Source: Eledone cirrhosa (taxonomy: Eukaryota). From it: a DNA stretch of 64,000 nucleotides. How positions within the stretch are numbered: the stretch's first letter is position 1; every line of letters begins with the position of its first letter. Position numbers and translations under genes: made by a program. The notes beneath the pieces were generated by a model, which saw only the letters and a list, made by a program, of their open reading frames with translations, ran no database searches and was not told the origin of the DNA. The DNA lies in the NCBI GenBank assembly GCA_964016885.1, contig OZ024744.1, positions 81,840,001-81,904,000 on the forward strand, read 5' to 3'. This document shows, in pieces, positions 26,845-40,660 of the stretch.

Positions 26845-29800
26845 ATGGCCAATATAAGAGTTGGATGTGTGAACGTACGCGGCCTGGGGATGCCCTGGAA
26901 ACAGGGCAAACTCTTAAACGACCTCAGGTCACACAGTTTGGATGTGGTAGCCATTTGCGAGTCCAGGATCCACGGCGAGCGACAGCTGGCCCCCATCTTC
27001 GATGACTTTGAGATCTACGCATCTCTCTGTCAACCGGGGGGTGGGGGCGGAGTTGCCGTTTTGCTGCGGAAACACCTGGGCCTCGTAACACAGACGGTAC
27101 ATCTGGACCCGGAGGGTCGACTGGTGGTCCTAGACGTTGACGGTAGTGAAGGTGGAGCCTTCAGGCTGGTGGCCGCATATGCCCCATCCGGGACACCGCG
27201 GCCAGACTTCTTCAAACGTCTAGAGACTTTTCTGGGAACGTCCCGCTCCTTGCTTTTAGTGGGGGACTGGAATGGAATCCTAGATGCACGTTGGGACTAT
27301 GTGGGAGCATGTCCCGAAAAAGGGGGGTGTAACAGCCTCAAACAGTTAATCGACCGATTTGACCTGGCCGATAGATATCGACTAGATTTTCCGACTGCGC
27401 CACTGTGGACGTGGAGTAATCGTAGCGGAACATCTAGATCGTACCTAGATAGGGTTCTAGTTAGAAATAAAGATAGGGACATGTTAAGCTGTCCACAAAT
27501 GTTCATGGTTGCCTATTCAGATCACAAACTAGTGACCTGCATGGCCAACCTTGATAGAACCCATAGACAAGGACCCGGCTACTGGAAGCTGAACTTGTCG
27601 TTACCGACAAGCAAAGCCTACAGTAGACGGATTAGCACTTTAGTTAAACAGCACTTGACAGGGGCCATTTCAACAACAGATGGTGGTACTCTCTCAAGAG
27701 GGCAGTTAGATTAGACTCGATAGTTTTTAGTAAAGAATTAGCGTTAGATAGAAATAGAACCGAGAAGGAACTGGTAGATAAAGTAGAAGAGGCAATTAGA
27801 AGTGGCAACGTAGCCAGCGTGCTAGCCACGAGAACGGCCTTGGACCAGTTCTTCGACGCAAAGCACGAGAGCTGCGTTGTCAGAAGCAAAATACGTGCTC
27901 TGGGAAACGAGGGAGCCAAAGCTGTTAGCTGGGCCCGAGTGACGGAGGCAAAAAGTGGCAACAAGTCCACGATTCGGTCTTTGAAGGACCAAAACGGACG
28001 CGTGATACGTGAGCCGAAGCAGATGTGTGCAGCTTTTCAGCGGCACTTTGCTCGGCTGTTCGGGGGGAGCGGCGCGCCGGGAGAGGCTATGGATTTCGGT
28101 CCATACCTCGACGGCCTACCGCGACTCTCGGACAGTGAGGCGAAGTTCTGCGAAAAGCCGATTTCAACCACTGAGATAGGGGACGCGCTGAGCCAATGCG
28201 GCAAACGCAAATCTCCAGGTCTCGACGGTCTACCCTACGAATTTTACGTAGCAATGCCGGACTTATTCTCCGGTTTCCTGGAAGCGGTCTACTGCAACTG
28301 GCAACAGAACGGGAGAATTCCCAGTTCTGTAACCGGGGGCGTGGTCACACTAATCAGGAAGGACGAGAATAAGGGGGATGACATAGGCAACTTCCGGCCC
28401 ATAACTCTGCTAAACACAGAGTTACAGATTTTGGCCAAGGTGTTGGCAAAGAGGCTGGCGCTTGTCGTCGAGAACCTGGTGGGAGAAGTGCAGACATGCG
28501 CGATCCCGACCAGGTCCATACACGACAACCTCCACCTCATGCGATACATCATAGAGAGGGTAGGGTGTAAACCCGGCTTCGGTGGGGCCCTGATCAACAT
28601 GGATCAGTCTAAGGCTTTCGATAGGGTTGACCATCGTTACCTGGATGCGGTGCTCGAGGCGGCAGGCTTCGGACCCGTGTTCAGGGGCTGGATTGCTGCA
28701 ATGCACAACAGCAACATCTGCTCAAGGGTCAAGGTGAACGGTTACCTCTCGGAGCCGTTCCATATTACGCGATCCATTCGACAGGGATGCCCTCTCTCCT
28801 CCCTTCTGTACGTACTGACTCTCGAGCCACTACTGCGGAAGCTGGGGCTATTGCAGGGCATCCCTCTGGAACCGGGACTGCGGAAAGCGGCGTCGGCCTA
28901 CGCCGACGACGTGACAGTAATGGTGTCGAGCGCCTCGCAAATCGAGGAAGTCGGCACCTTACTAAAGGAATACGAAAGTCTCACAGGAGCGAAGCTGAAC
29001 CGGGACAAGTCCATCGGTTTGCAACTCGGATCGTGGAGAGGCAGACCGATGCCTTCCGATGGCGTCGTCGGACGCTGGACGGAAGGACCGGTAAAGCTGC
29101 TCGGGGTCTGGTTTGGTCCGGACCTCCAGGTGGAGAAGAACTGGAACGAAGTGACGGCCAAGGTGTTTGCACTCACCCAGAAGTGGGCCGAGTGCAAACT
29201 ATCCTTGAAAGGTCGAGCGGAGGTGGCGAACACTTTTTTAGCGTCCGCCATCTACTACCGCTTGACCGTCGTGCCTTGTCCAGCCAAAACGCTCGCCAAA
29301 ATGGAGCGCGCCCTCTTCCGATTCCTTTGGAAGAGGCGGGCTCCTTTGGTAAGAAGATCCATCTGCTGCCAACACCCTTCTAACGGAGGGCTGGGGATGC
29401 CGTGGTTGACGATGCGCAAACACGCGCTCAGGCTGCGGCATCTCTACGTATTCCTCACCGGACAACCGGTGTGGGCCCCGTTCGTGAGGCGAGCCTTCCC
29501 ACGACTCGTCTCGCTGACCGAGCTGCAGTCCTGGGTCAAGCAGAGACCGAGGAAAATGGGCGACTGGCACATCGAATGTGCTCAGGCGCTCACAGCCCTC
29601 TGGCAGGCGGACCCGGCGATCAGTGGAGACTCCACTTCATCATTCTATAGAGGGTTGGTCCGCAGCAAGTGCGACGACGCGCTCGGTGAAACTCTAGGCG
29701 TGGAGGAAGATGAACTGGCCAGTCTGTTCGGTAGGACCTTCCGCCCGGGACCGATGGACAACTTCCAAAAGTCCCTGGCCTGGCAGTGCTACCGAGGAGC

Positions 29801-30281
29801 TCTACCAGTTCGAGACAAGCTCTACAGACATGGGCGCCCGGGCAGGGACCCTGCAAAAAAGATCTGTCCGAGGTGCGTGCGAGACGAAGAAACCGTCGCG
29901 CACGCATTCATACACTGCCCGGGCGTCACTGACCTGTGGGGCTATGTAGAACGACTATTGTCGCGGGTGGAACCAATCCAGTTGACCACCGAGTCCATTG
30001 TCATGATCAAACCGCCACCCTCCTTCAAAAACGAAGGAGAGGCGGTTTTCCTTTGTGTGATAGCTATGGCGAAAGAGGTTGTATGGTGGACAAGGTTGAA
30101 AGGGCTGAGGTCAGACACCTTTCTCTCCGGCCAACAACTGATTCTTTTTTTCAAATACCACTTTTGAAGAAGAATCAGGATGGAGAGAGAGGTGCTGTAC
30201 CCCAGCAAGTTTTATGAAAGGTGGGTGAAAGTGGCGAGAATGGCCCGAGTGAATGGGCCTTCTCTCTATATCAGCCTGTAG
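26845..30281 (+). pseudogene. LINE ORF2p (APE endonuclease - RT - CCHC) with one frameshift at about 27670 and one late stop at 30165
   Basis: ORFs 26845-27714 (NVRGL, GDWN, YLDR, SDH) and 27819-30167 (KSPGLDG, NFRPITLLN, QGCPLS, YADD, CPRC..H...HC); the frame continues to TAG 30281 by comparison with copy C. Confidence 0.92.
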
Positions 30282-30517
30282 GTTGAGGAAAAGGAGGAGG
30301 AGAGGAAAGGAGTACAAGCTCTTCGTACTCCTGGAGATGAGGGTTGCACATTTTTTTCGGGGGTCTGTGTTACCCATATAAACTGTCTCCCTCTATTGGG
30401 GAAAATCGACTAACTTTTAAATTCCATCTGTGATAACATTTTACACGTTTTTATTGTATGTAAACTTCCCCCTTTGTATTTGTCCCCTTCTTTTGTGCCC
30501 CTGTGGCTAATAAAGAA

Positions 30518-30588
<71 letters not shown>

Positions 30589-33500
30589 GGACGTGCGGTA
30601 GATCGTCGGTAAGTTTTTGTAACATTTTTATACAAAAACAGAATTTATTGTGTGAACATTTATATTGTTTGATAGATTAACACCCAGGCTGAATTGTCAG
30701 CTGGGTGGTAATCTCAGTTGTCGCCCCACAGGGGCGGAAATTTAATTAAAAAATTATTGAGAAGTTTTAAAATTTTCCTTGACTGTAACAATGTGTGACA
30801 TACAGAAAACGCTAGACAGCGAGAAGAGAGGGAAAGAGGCAGATATGAGCGTTATATCTCCCTCTATTTCCATAGCAGTATCTATGGAGACAAACAACAA
30901 CAAAACTTCGTTTCGTAAAGAAATAGATATTTACACAACAAAAGATGGAAATAACAGCCCACAACAGACACCAAAATATACAGAAAATGCAGAAATTGAA
31001 ACAATTGACACAACTACACGCGAAAAAACCGACAACAACAAAATTGAAAAAACAACGTTCGCTCAGACTGGGATAAACAAAAGAGTACAAACACATCGAC
31101 ATAAGCAACTCCAAACAAATGTTGACCGATGCAAAACAATTCATAACCTTTGAAGAAAAGGGTGGGTTTGAAATAAACTTGGAAATTAAACGAGAAACAG
31201 TTCGAAGGACAGTAACTTTCAGAACTGTTTCAAATCAAACAAAAAAACCGGTATTCCTCAGTCAAGGGGAAATTGAAACCACCTTGAAAGAGGCTCTGCC
31301 GGACATTGATTTTATGGAGAGGGCCAGACTATATGGAAGTATTTCGGTACTTTTTAAAAGCGAGGCCCTCGCACAAAAGCATTCTGTTACACCAGTCATC
31401 ACAAAAACACACACCCTTTTCCTTACTTACATGGGAAAAAGAACACAAAAAATTAAAATAAATAACATACCACCAAACATCAACATTTGGTGGATCTTAG
31501 CAGGGTTCATAGAGCCAGACTGTGACACAATTCTTTCGGTCAGGAAGTCGACCAAACAAAGTTGGGCAGGGACAAATTTGGAAATTCTGATATAAATGAA
31601 ACCAGAAAGAATTTCCAAAATCACCGAAAGAGTGCTGGTCGACAACCAAAACTACATTAACATTGTAACTGAGGGCAGAAAGCCACATTGTTTTCGATGT
31701 GCAAGCACATCACACCTAAAAGCCTCCTGCCCTTTACAAACAAATAAAAAAAAAGTACTTTTACCAACACCAACACCAAAACAATCACCACCACCACAAC
31801 AACAACACACAAAACAAGCAAACGCACCCAAACAAACAACCACTCAATCACAAACAACAGAAAAAACACAAACAGCACCTCTGAAGAACACAGCCCCACC
31901 CCACCTCACTCAATCAAACACTACCACAAACACACAGACCAAAACACCATCACCACACAACATACCCCTACCCCACACTACTGATGATGATTATTCATCA
32001 ACAGATGAGGTTGCTTCCCCTTCTTTAAGTGAAGAAGAAGAAGAGCCTCGGAAATAAAAAAACAACAAAAAAAGAGACACCACAAAACCACCAAAACTCC
32101 AATCACCAACACACAACCACAGACACAAACAACAACACAAACACCACAACAACCAAACCTCCCCCTACCAACCAAACAAACACCCCCCCCAAACATAAAA
32201 AAGAAAACTCACAGACGAACAAGAAACTAAAACAACACAACCAAAACAAAAACAACAATATACATACATTAGCACCAACAACAAAAATTTGATGGAGGTC
32301 ATCTCACAGGAACCCAAAGTGGAAACTGAGGGGAAAACTTTTGTAAAAGCAGACTCTGAACCACACCTAAAACTAATAAGGGTTTCGAAAGAAACCTATC
32401 AGAAATTGAAAGAACAGTTTTCGCAGGATGTTGGCAACCCCTGCCAAAAACCTATTAACCGCGTCTTATTAAAATGTTTCCCCACCCCACCCAACACCCC
32501 ATCCAGAACTGAAATGGAGTTTGAACAACCCGATCTCCAGGAAACGAAAAGGTAAGTGCACCTTTTCGTCCTTTTCGCCAACTCTTTTCCACCAACATGG
32601 CTGACTTACGAGTTGGAAGCGTGAATATGCGTGGCCTAGGGATGCCCTGGAAACAGGGCCAACTTTTAAACGACCTTAGGTCACATGTTATAGATGTAAT
32701 AGCCATCACCGAGTCCAGGATCCACAACAGGCAGCAACTAACCCCCATCTTAAATGACTTTGAGATCTACGCATCTCTCTGTCAGCCGGGAGGTGGAGGG
32801 AGAGCGACTGTCATATTTCGGAAAAACCTGGATCTCGAAGTACAGAAAGTACACTTGGACCCGGAGGGTAGACTGGTAGTACAAGACGTGAACAGTATTG
32901 GAGGTGGAGCCTTCAGACTGGTGGCCGTTTATGTCCCGACCGGGCAATCACAATCGCGGCCAGACTTCTTTAAGCATCTAGAGTCTTTTCTGGAAACGTC
33001 TCGCTCCTTGCTTTTAGTGGGGGACTGGAATGGTATCCTAGATGCACGATGGGACTATGTAGGTAGAGCGGGGTGCAGCAGCCTCAAAAATCTAATCGGC
33101 CAATTCCAACTGGCCGATAGATATCGACTAAATCTCCCGACTGCACCACAGTGGATATGGGCAAACCGCAGTGGGACATCTAGATCGTATCTAGATAGGT
33201 TTTTCATTAGAGGAAAGGACAAGAAGTTGTTAAGCTGTCCACAAATGCACATGGTTGCCTATTTAAATCACAAATTAGTCGTCTGCATAGTCAACCGTGA
33301 TAGAATATATAGACAAAAACCCAGATACTGGAAGCTGAACGTGTCGTTGCCGGTGAATGGATAAGTAGATTAGTTAAGCAAGAGTTGACGGGTGCCATCG
33401 TCAACAATAGATGGTGGTACTCTCTCAAGAGAGCAATTAGAGTAGAATCGATAGTGTTTAGCAGAGAATTAGCTTTAGAGAAAAACAAATCAGAAACAGA

Positions 33501-36153
33501 ACTAGTAGTCAAGGTAGAAGAGGCGCTTAGGTGTGGCAACGCAGCTAGAGTGTTAGCATCGAGGACGGCACTGGACCAGTTTTTCGACGCGAAACATGAA
33601 AGCTGCGTGGTCAGAAGTAAATCACGTGCTCTAGGAAACGAGGGAGCAAAAACTGTTAGCTGGACCGAGTGGCGGAAGCGAAAAGTGGCAACAAGTCCAC
33701 GATTCGGTCTTTGAAAGACCAAAATTGACCCCAAGCAGATGTGTGCGGCCTTTCAGCAGCACTTTGCGCGACTGTTTGAGCAGAACGATGGTGCACCGAA
33801 CAGGGCAATGGACTTTGGTTCATACCTCGACAGCCTGCCACGCCTCTCAAGCATGGACGCCGAGTTCTGCGAAAGACCTATCACAGCCACTGAGATACGG
33901 GACGCTCTGGGCCGCTGCGGGAAACGCAAATCACCCGGTCTAGATGGTCTACCCTATGAGTTTTACATAGGCATGCCGAACTTGTTCTCTGGCATCCTCG
34001 AAGCCGTCTACTATAATTGGCAGCAGAACGGGAGAATTCCCAGTTCTGCAAGCAAGGGCGTAGTAACGCTGATCAGGAAAGACGAGAACAAGGGTGACGA
34101 AATAAACAATCTCAGGCGCATAACTCTGCTCAACACAGAGTTAAAGATTTTGGCCACGAGGCTGGCGCTTGTCGTCGAAAACCTGGTTGGGAAAGAGTAA
34201 ACGTGTGCAATCCCGAGCAGGTCCATAGACGACAACCTCCACCTCATGCGATACATCATAGGGAGGGTGGGGTGTAAACCCGGCTTCGGTGGGGCTCTGA
34301 TCAATTTGGATCAGTCTAAGACGTTCGATAGGGTCGACCATCGATACTTGGAAGCGGTTCTCAAGGCGGCCGGTTTCGGTCCCGTTTTCAGAGGCTGGAT
34401 CGAGGCGATGCACACCAGCATCTGCTCGAGGGTCAAGGTGAAGGGCTACCTATCGGAGCCGTTCGCAATCACGCGTTCCATTCGACAGGGATGCCCTCTC
34501 TCCTCCATTCTGAACGTATTGACTCTAGAGCCATTACTGCGGAAGTTGGAGCTTTTGCAGAGCATCCATTTAGAACCGGGACTGCGAAAAGCGCCGTCGG
34601 CTTATGCCGACGACGTGACGGTAATGGTGTCGAAAACCTCGGAAATTGAGGTAATCGGCAACCTACTACAGGAATACGAAAGGTTCACAGGAGCAAAACT
34701 GAACCCGGACAAGTCTGTCGGTTTGCAACTCGGAACGTGGAGAGGCAAACCAATGCCGTCCGACAGCCTCGTTGGACGCTGGACGGAAGGACCGGTGAAA
34801 TTGCTCGAGGTGGAGAAAAACTGGAACGAGGTATTTACGCTCACCAAGGTATTTACGCTCACCCAGAAGTGGGCAGAGTGCAAACTGTCTTTGAAAGGTC
34901 GAGCAGAGGTGGCGAACACTTTCATAGCGTCCGTCATCTACTACCGCTTGACTGTCGTGCATTGTCCCCGTGAATACCTCGCCATGATGGAATGGATGCT
35001 TCCAGTTCCTGTGGAAGAAGCAGGCTCCACAGGTGAATAGACCCGACTGCTGTCAACATCCTTCCAACGGAGGGCTGGGCTTGCCGTAGCTAATGATGCG
35101 GAAACATGCGCTGAGGCTACGGCATCTCCAGGTATTCCTCACCGACCAACCGGTGTGGGCACCGTTTGTGGGACAGACCTTCCCACAACTTGTCTCGCTG
35201 ACGGAGCTGCAGTCCTGGGTCTAGCGGACACAGCAATCAGTGGAGACTCCACTTCGACATTCTATAGAGGGTTAGTACTTTATAAGTGCGACAACGTGCT
35301 CTGGGAGATTTTATGCATCAAAGACAACGAGCTCCCCATCTGTTCGGTAGGACTTTCCGCCCAGGACCTATGGACAACTTCCAGAGGTCTCTGGCCTGGC
35401 AGTGCTACCGAGGTGCTCTGCCGGTTCGTGACAAGAACTACAGGCATGGACGCCTCGGCAGGGATCCTTCCAAGAGGACTTGTCCAAGATGCGCACAGGA
35501 CATTGAAACAGTCCTGCACGCAATTGTACACATCCCGGGCGTAACCGATCTGTGAAACTATGCAGAACAACTGCTGTCGCGTATGGGATAAATCCAGTTG
35601 ACTGCCGAGTCCATAGTAAGGATCAAACCGCAAGCCTCTTTCAAAAACGAAAGAGAGGCGGCTTTCCTCTGTTCGGTGGCTATGGTCAAAGAGGTTATAT
35701 GGTGGACGAGATTGAGAGGACTGAGGACAGATGCCTTTCTCTCCGGACAACAATTGATCCCTTCTTTAAGTATCACTTAGAAGGAGAATCAGAGTGGAGA
35801 GAGAGGCACTGCACCCCAGTAAATTTACTGAAAGGTGGGTGAATGAAGCGAAAATGGCCCGAGTGATTGGGCCTTCTCTGTTTATAAGCCTGTAGGTTGA
35901 AGAAGAGAGCAAAAGGAAGAAAGGAGCACTTTCACAACACGCTCCTGGGGTTGAGGGTTGTTCTATCGACGGGGTATTAAACAACCTATTTGTGGCCCTT
36001 TCCCCCTATTGGGGATTTCGATTGTTGTAATTGTTTGTGTTTATATTTTTTACACGACTGTATGTAAAATCCCCGGCATGTCTTTGTATTGTCCCTTTTT
36101 CTTGTGCACCCTTGTGGCAAATAAATTAATCTATCTATCTATCTATCTATCTA
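30589..36153 (+). mobile_element. Tx1-type LINE copy E, full-length but decayed (same subfamily as A and B)
   Basis: Starts in the tail of D; fragmented ORF1 and ORF2; short (CTAT)n tail at about 36130-36153. Confidence 0.92.
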
Positions 36154-36926
36154 CACATATATATACATCTCTCTCTATATAATGTAATGTTTGCTGACGA
36201 AGGCTAAAAGAAGTAACTAACCGAAACTGCTGAGCTCGCGGTCGATCGTCTACTTTTACTAATTCTATGCATATACTCGCTGAATTACTCGGCATTGCCC
36301 AGGTTACTGCTGTCCTTACTCAGATTAGTAAACAATAAATATGAAGACATGTTTTTTTTTCTCATAATTATTTCAAAATACCTCTATTCTATAAAATAAT
36401 ATCAAAATTGTAATGATAATAGAATTTAGAAATTAAAATCTGTCAATCTTGAAGCACCTTAGGGTAAACAATATTCATTGTGTAATTCATGTATGTGTAT
36501 ATGTTTATTTAATAACGCACCTAATCAACACACAAACACACATACACACACTCACAGACACATACACACTCATATACAAAATGGGACGTGGTGGTGGAGA
36601 TGGCGGTGGTTTACTATAGTTGACTATAAAAATATTAATTTAGATACAATCTTATATTGTTTTAATCCAAAAGAAAATGAAAATTACATGTTGATACTCC
36701 CGGGGTCTAATACTATTACCTTGGAAAATTTAATTTGATTTGGTCCAGCCGTTAGAGAATGCATAGGAACAGACAGACTGACAGACCGACAGAGAGACAA
36801 AGAATTATATATATATATAGAGAGATATATTTTTTCCAATACACACTCGCACACATACGCGCGCGCGCATTTGTGTGTGTGAATGAAACAGTTCTAGTCC
36901 TGTAGATGCCATTTTTATATTAAACA

Positions 36927-36998
<72 letters not shown>

Positions 36999-37117
36999 AT
37001 TAAACACCCTCTTCGTATTATAGAAATGACAGTAAAAGGTATAGCTCAATGCAGTTAAACAGAGCCGAAAAATTAAGAGAGTAAAACAAAGAAGCCTTTA
37101 ATACATCAAAAGTTTTT

Positions 37118-37163
37118 ATTAGCCGACAATGTTTCGTCCTATTAAGGACTCATCAGGGCAATT
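37118..37163 (-). ncRNA. Minimal type I hammerhead ribozyme
   Basis: ATTGCC-CTGATGA-GTCCT taat AGGAC-GAAAC att GTC-GGCTAAT. Confidence 0.85.
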
Positions 37164-38461
37164 AAAACAACAAGAAGTAATATCGGCAGATACAAGCCGG
37201 AAGCTCCGAAGAATATGGAGTGTACATACACTAAAGTCTTGCAAAAATATATAATAAAAATAATAAAAATATATAATAAGAATAACTAAGGATGTATATA
37301 ACATTAAGAACCATATTACAAATATAGTCCAAAGCAAATAACCTAGAGCTAAACAAAGGTGGTTATATAGAGCAGGAATTATATATAACACAATGTAATA
37401 TAATATAATACATTATAATAATATACCTTTACCAACATTAAAATTACAATAAAAATCAAAAGGTACAATATGCACATGTATATACGTGCGCACACGCACA
37501 CACACACACACACACCTACAACAATACGCACATCTATCTTCAACTACACAAATTAAACCTTATTAGGAGTTTGAATATAAAAATAAGCATGATAAGAGTG
37601 AAAATAATAATAATAATAATACCAATACATCTGCCCAATATACATGAGGTAATAATATGATATAATTACAAGAAACACATATAATAAATAATAAACAATA
37701 AAATTATATAATTCAATATAATAGATAATCCCCGGTTAATTTACACAAACAATATAGATGTCACAATAATAATATAATAATAATATATATTAACAATGTA
37801 CTAACATTTACAATAAACAATATATACAAATCGACTCATACTGGGTTACAGAGTAAATGAGGAAAAATAAATTATACAATACTCAAAAAACATTATGATG
37901 GTACAGAAAAAAATAATACAGACATCATACATGATATATAAAGTTTAAATATCATAATGTTACATATAATGAACAGTAAGTAATAAGGATCAATATTACA
38001 ATACAATATAATATAATATATTATATAAAATAAATTGACATAAAATAATATATAAATACTTATAATTACAAGGTTAGTAGACAGACATATGTGGATGTGT
38101 AAGTAAGTGCCAGACAGTGAATAGTAAATAGTAAATATGATGCCCAGTAGTATTTCAAATAAAATATAGAATATAAAATATAGAATAAAATAAATAAATA
38201 TAATCAACCGGAAATTACAAAACAAAAACAAATATATACATTTAGGTCTCACATGCGGTTAAGTAGTTAGGTAAAAACTAAGGAAAACAATCCCTGTAAA
38301 TGACTCAAAACCCTATTTGATAAATTAATATTAAAAAATATTTAAGCTATCCAATAAGGTAGTATAATATTAACTATAGTTTAAGTCATTAAAGTTTATA
38401 AACTTTAATGTTTCGTTACAAATGTTTACAAAAAGGAATGAAATTTTTTACTATCATATAT

Positions 38462-38507
38462 AATTGCCCTGATGAGTCCTTAATAGGACGAAACATTGTC
38501 GGCTAAT
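38462..38507 (+). ncRNA. Minimal type I hammerhead ribozyme (inverted twin)
   Basis: Identical sequence on the plus strand. Confidence 0.85.
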
Positions 38508-38548
38508 AAAAACTTTTGATGTATTAAAGGCTTCTTTGTTTTACTCTC

Positions 38549-38628
<80 letters not shown>

Positions 38629-38711
38629 TATATACATACACACACATAAAAATATACTTACACATATATTTTTTATGTGTGTGTGGATATATATATATAT
38701 ATGTGTGTGTG

Positions 38712-40275
<1,564 letters not shown>

Positions 40276-40592
40276 ATGTGTTGTTATTTCTGTCTACCTT
40301 TTACACACACACATATATATATATATACATACATTTACATACTTTTATGTAATTATATGTATTTTTGTACACCAAACTGTTTATGTACGATTTGCGCGTG
40401 TATGCGTACGTGTGTTTATATTTTTGTATATTTTTATACTTTAATATTTTGTTTGTTAATTTTTCAGCTGTCTGGTTAGATGGGTAGATATATTAAGTCA
40501 ATAACCCGAATTGTGCTTATGTTTGTATCTATGTATACTCACGCATGTATATATATATTTAATTAGAAAGTGAACAACACAAAATAAAACTA

Positions 40593-40660
40593 CTCCATTA
40601 CCAAAGGTTTCTGGATCCCAGACAATATTAATATACGTCTGGATCGGTCATCAGACAGAG
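40593..40660 (-). ncRNA. Type I hammerhead ribozyme
   Basis: CTCTGT-CTGATGA-long stem II (gatccagac..gtctgggatc)-GAAACC ttt GGTA-ATGGAG; mismatches at the base of stem II. Confidence 0.7.

Larger units (their letters stand above)
24680..30588 (+). mobile_element. Tx1-type LINE copy D, full-length and nearly intact
   Basis: 5'UTR, ORF1, 33-nt spacer, ORF2, structured 3'UTR, AATAAA, (CTAT)n tail. Confidence 0.95.
36995..38553 (-). mobile_element. Non-coding PLE-like or retrozyme-like element with perfect 93-bp inverted hammerhead-containing termini
   Basis: 37072-37164 is the exact reverse complement of 38461-38553; AT-rich 1.3 kb interior; flanked by (TA)n. Confidence 0.7.

Noticed and set aside
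36190-36237. Hammerhead-like cores at 36194, 10505, 36880, 42060-42400 and 54570-54612
   Set aside because: Cores are mutated or truncated; treated as decayed PLE termini
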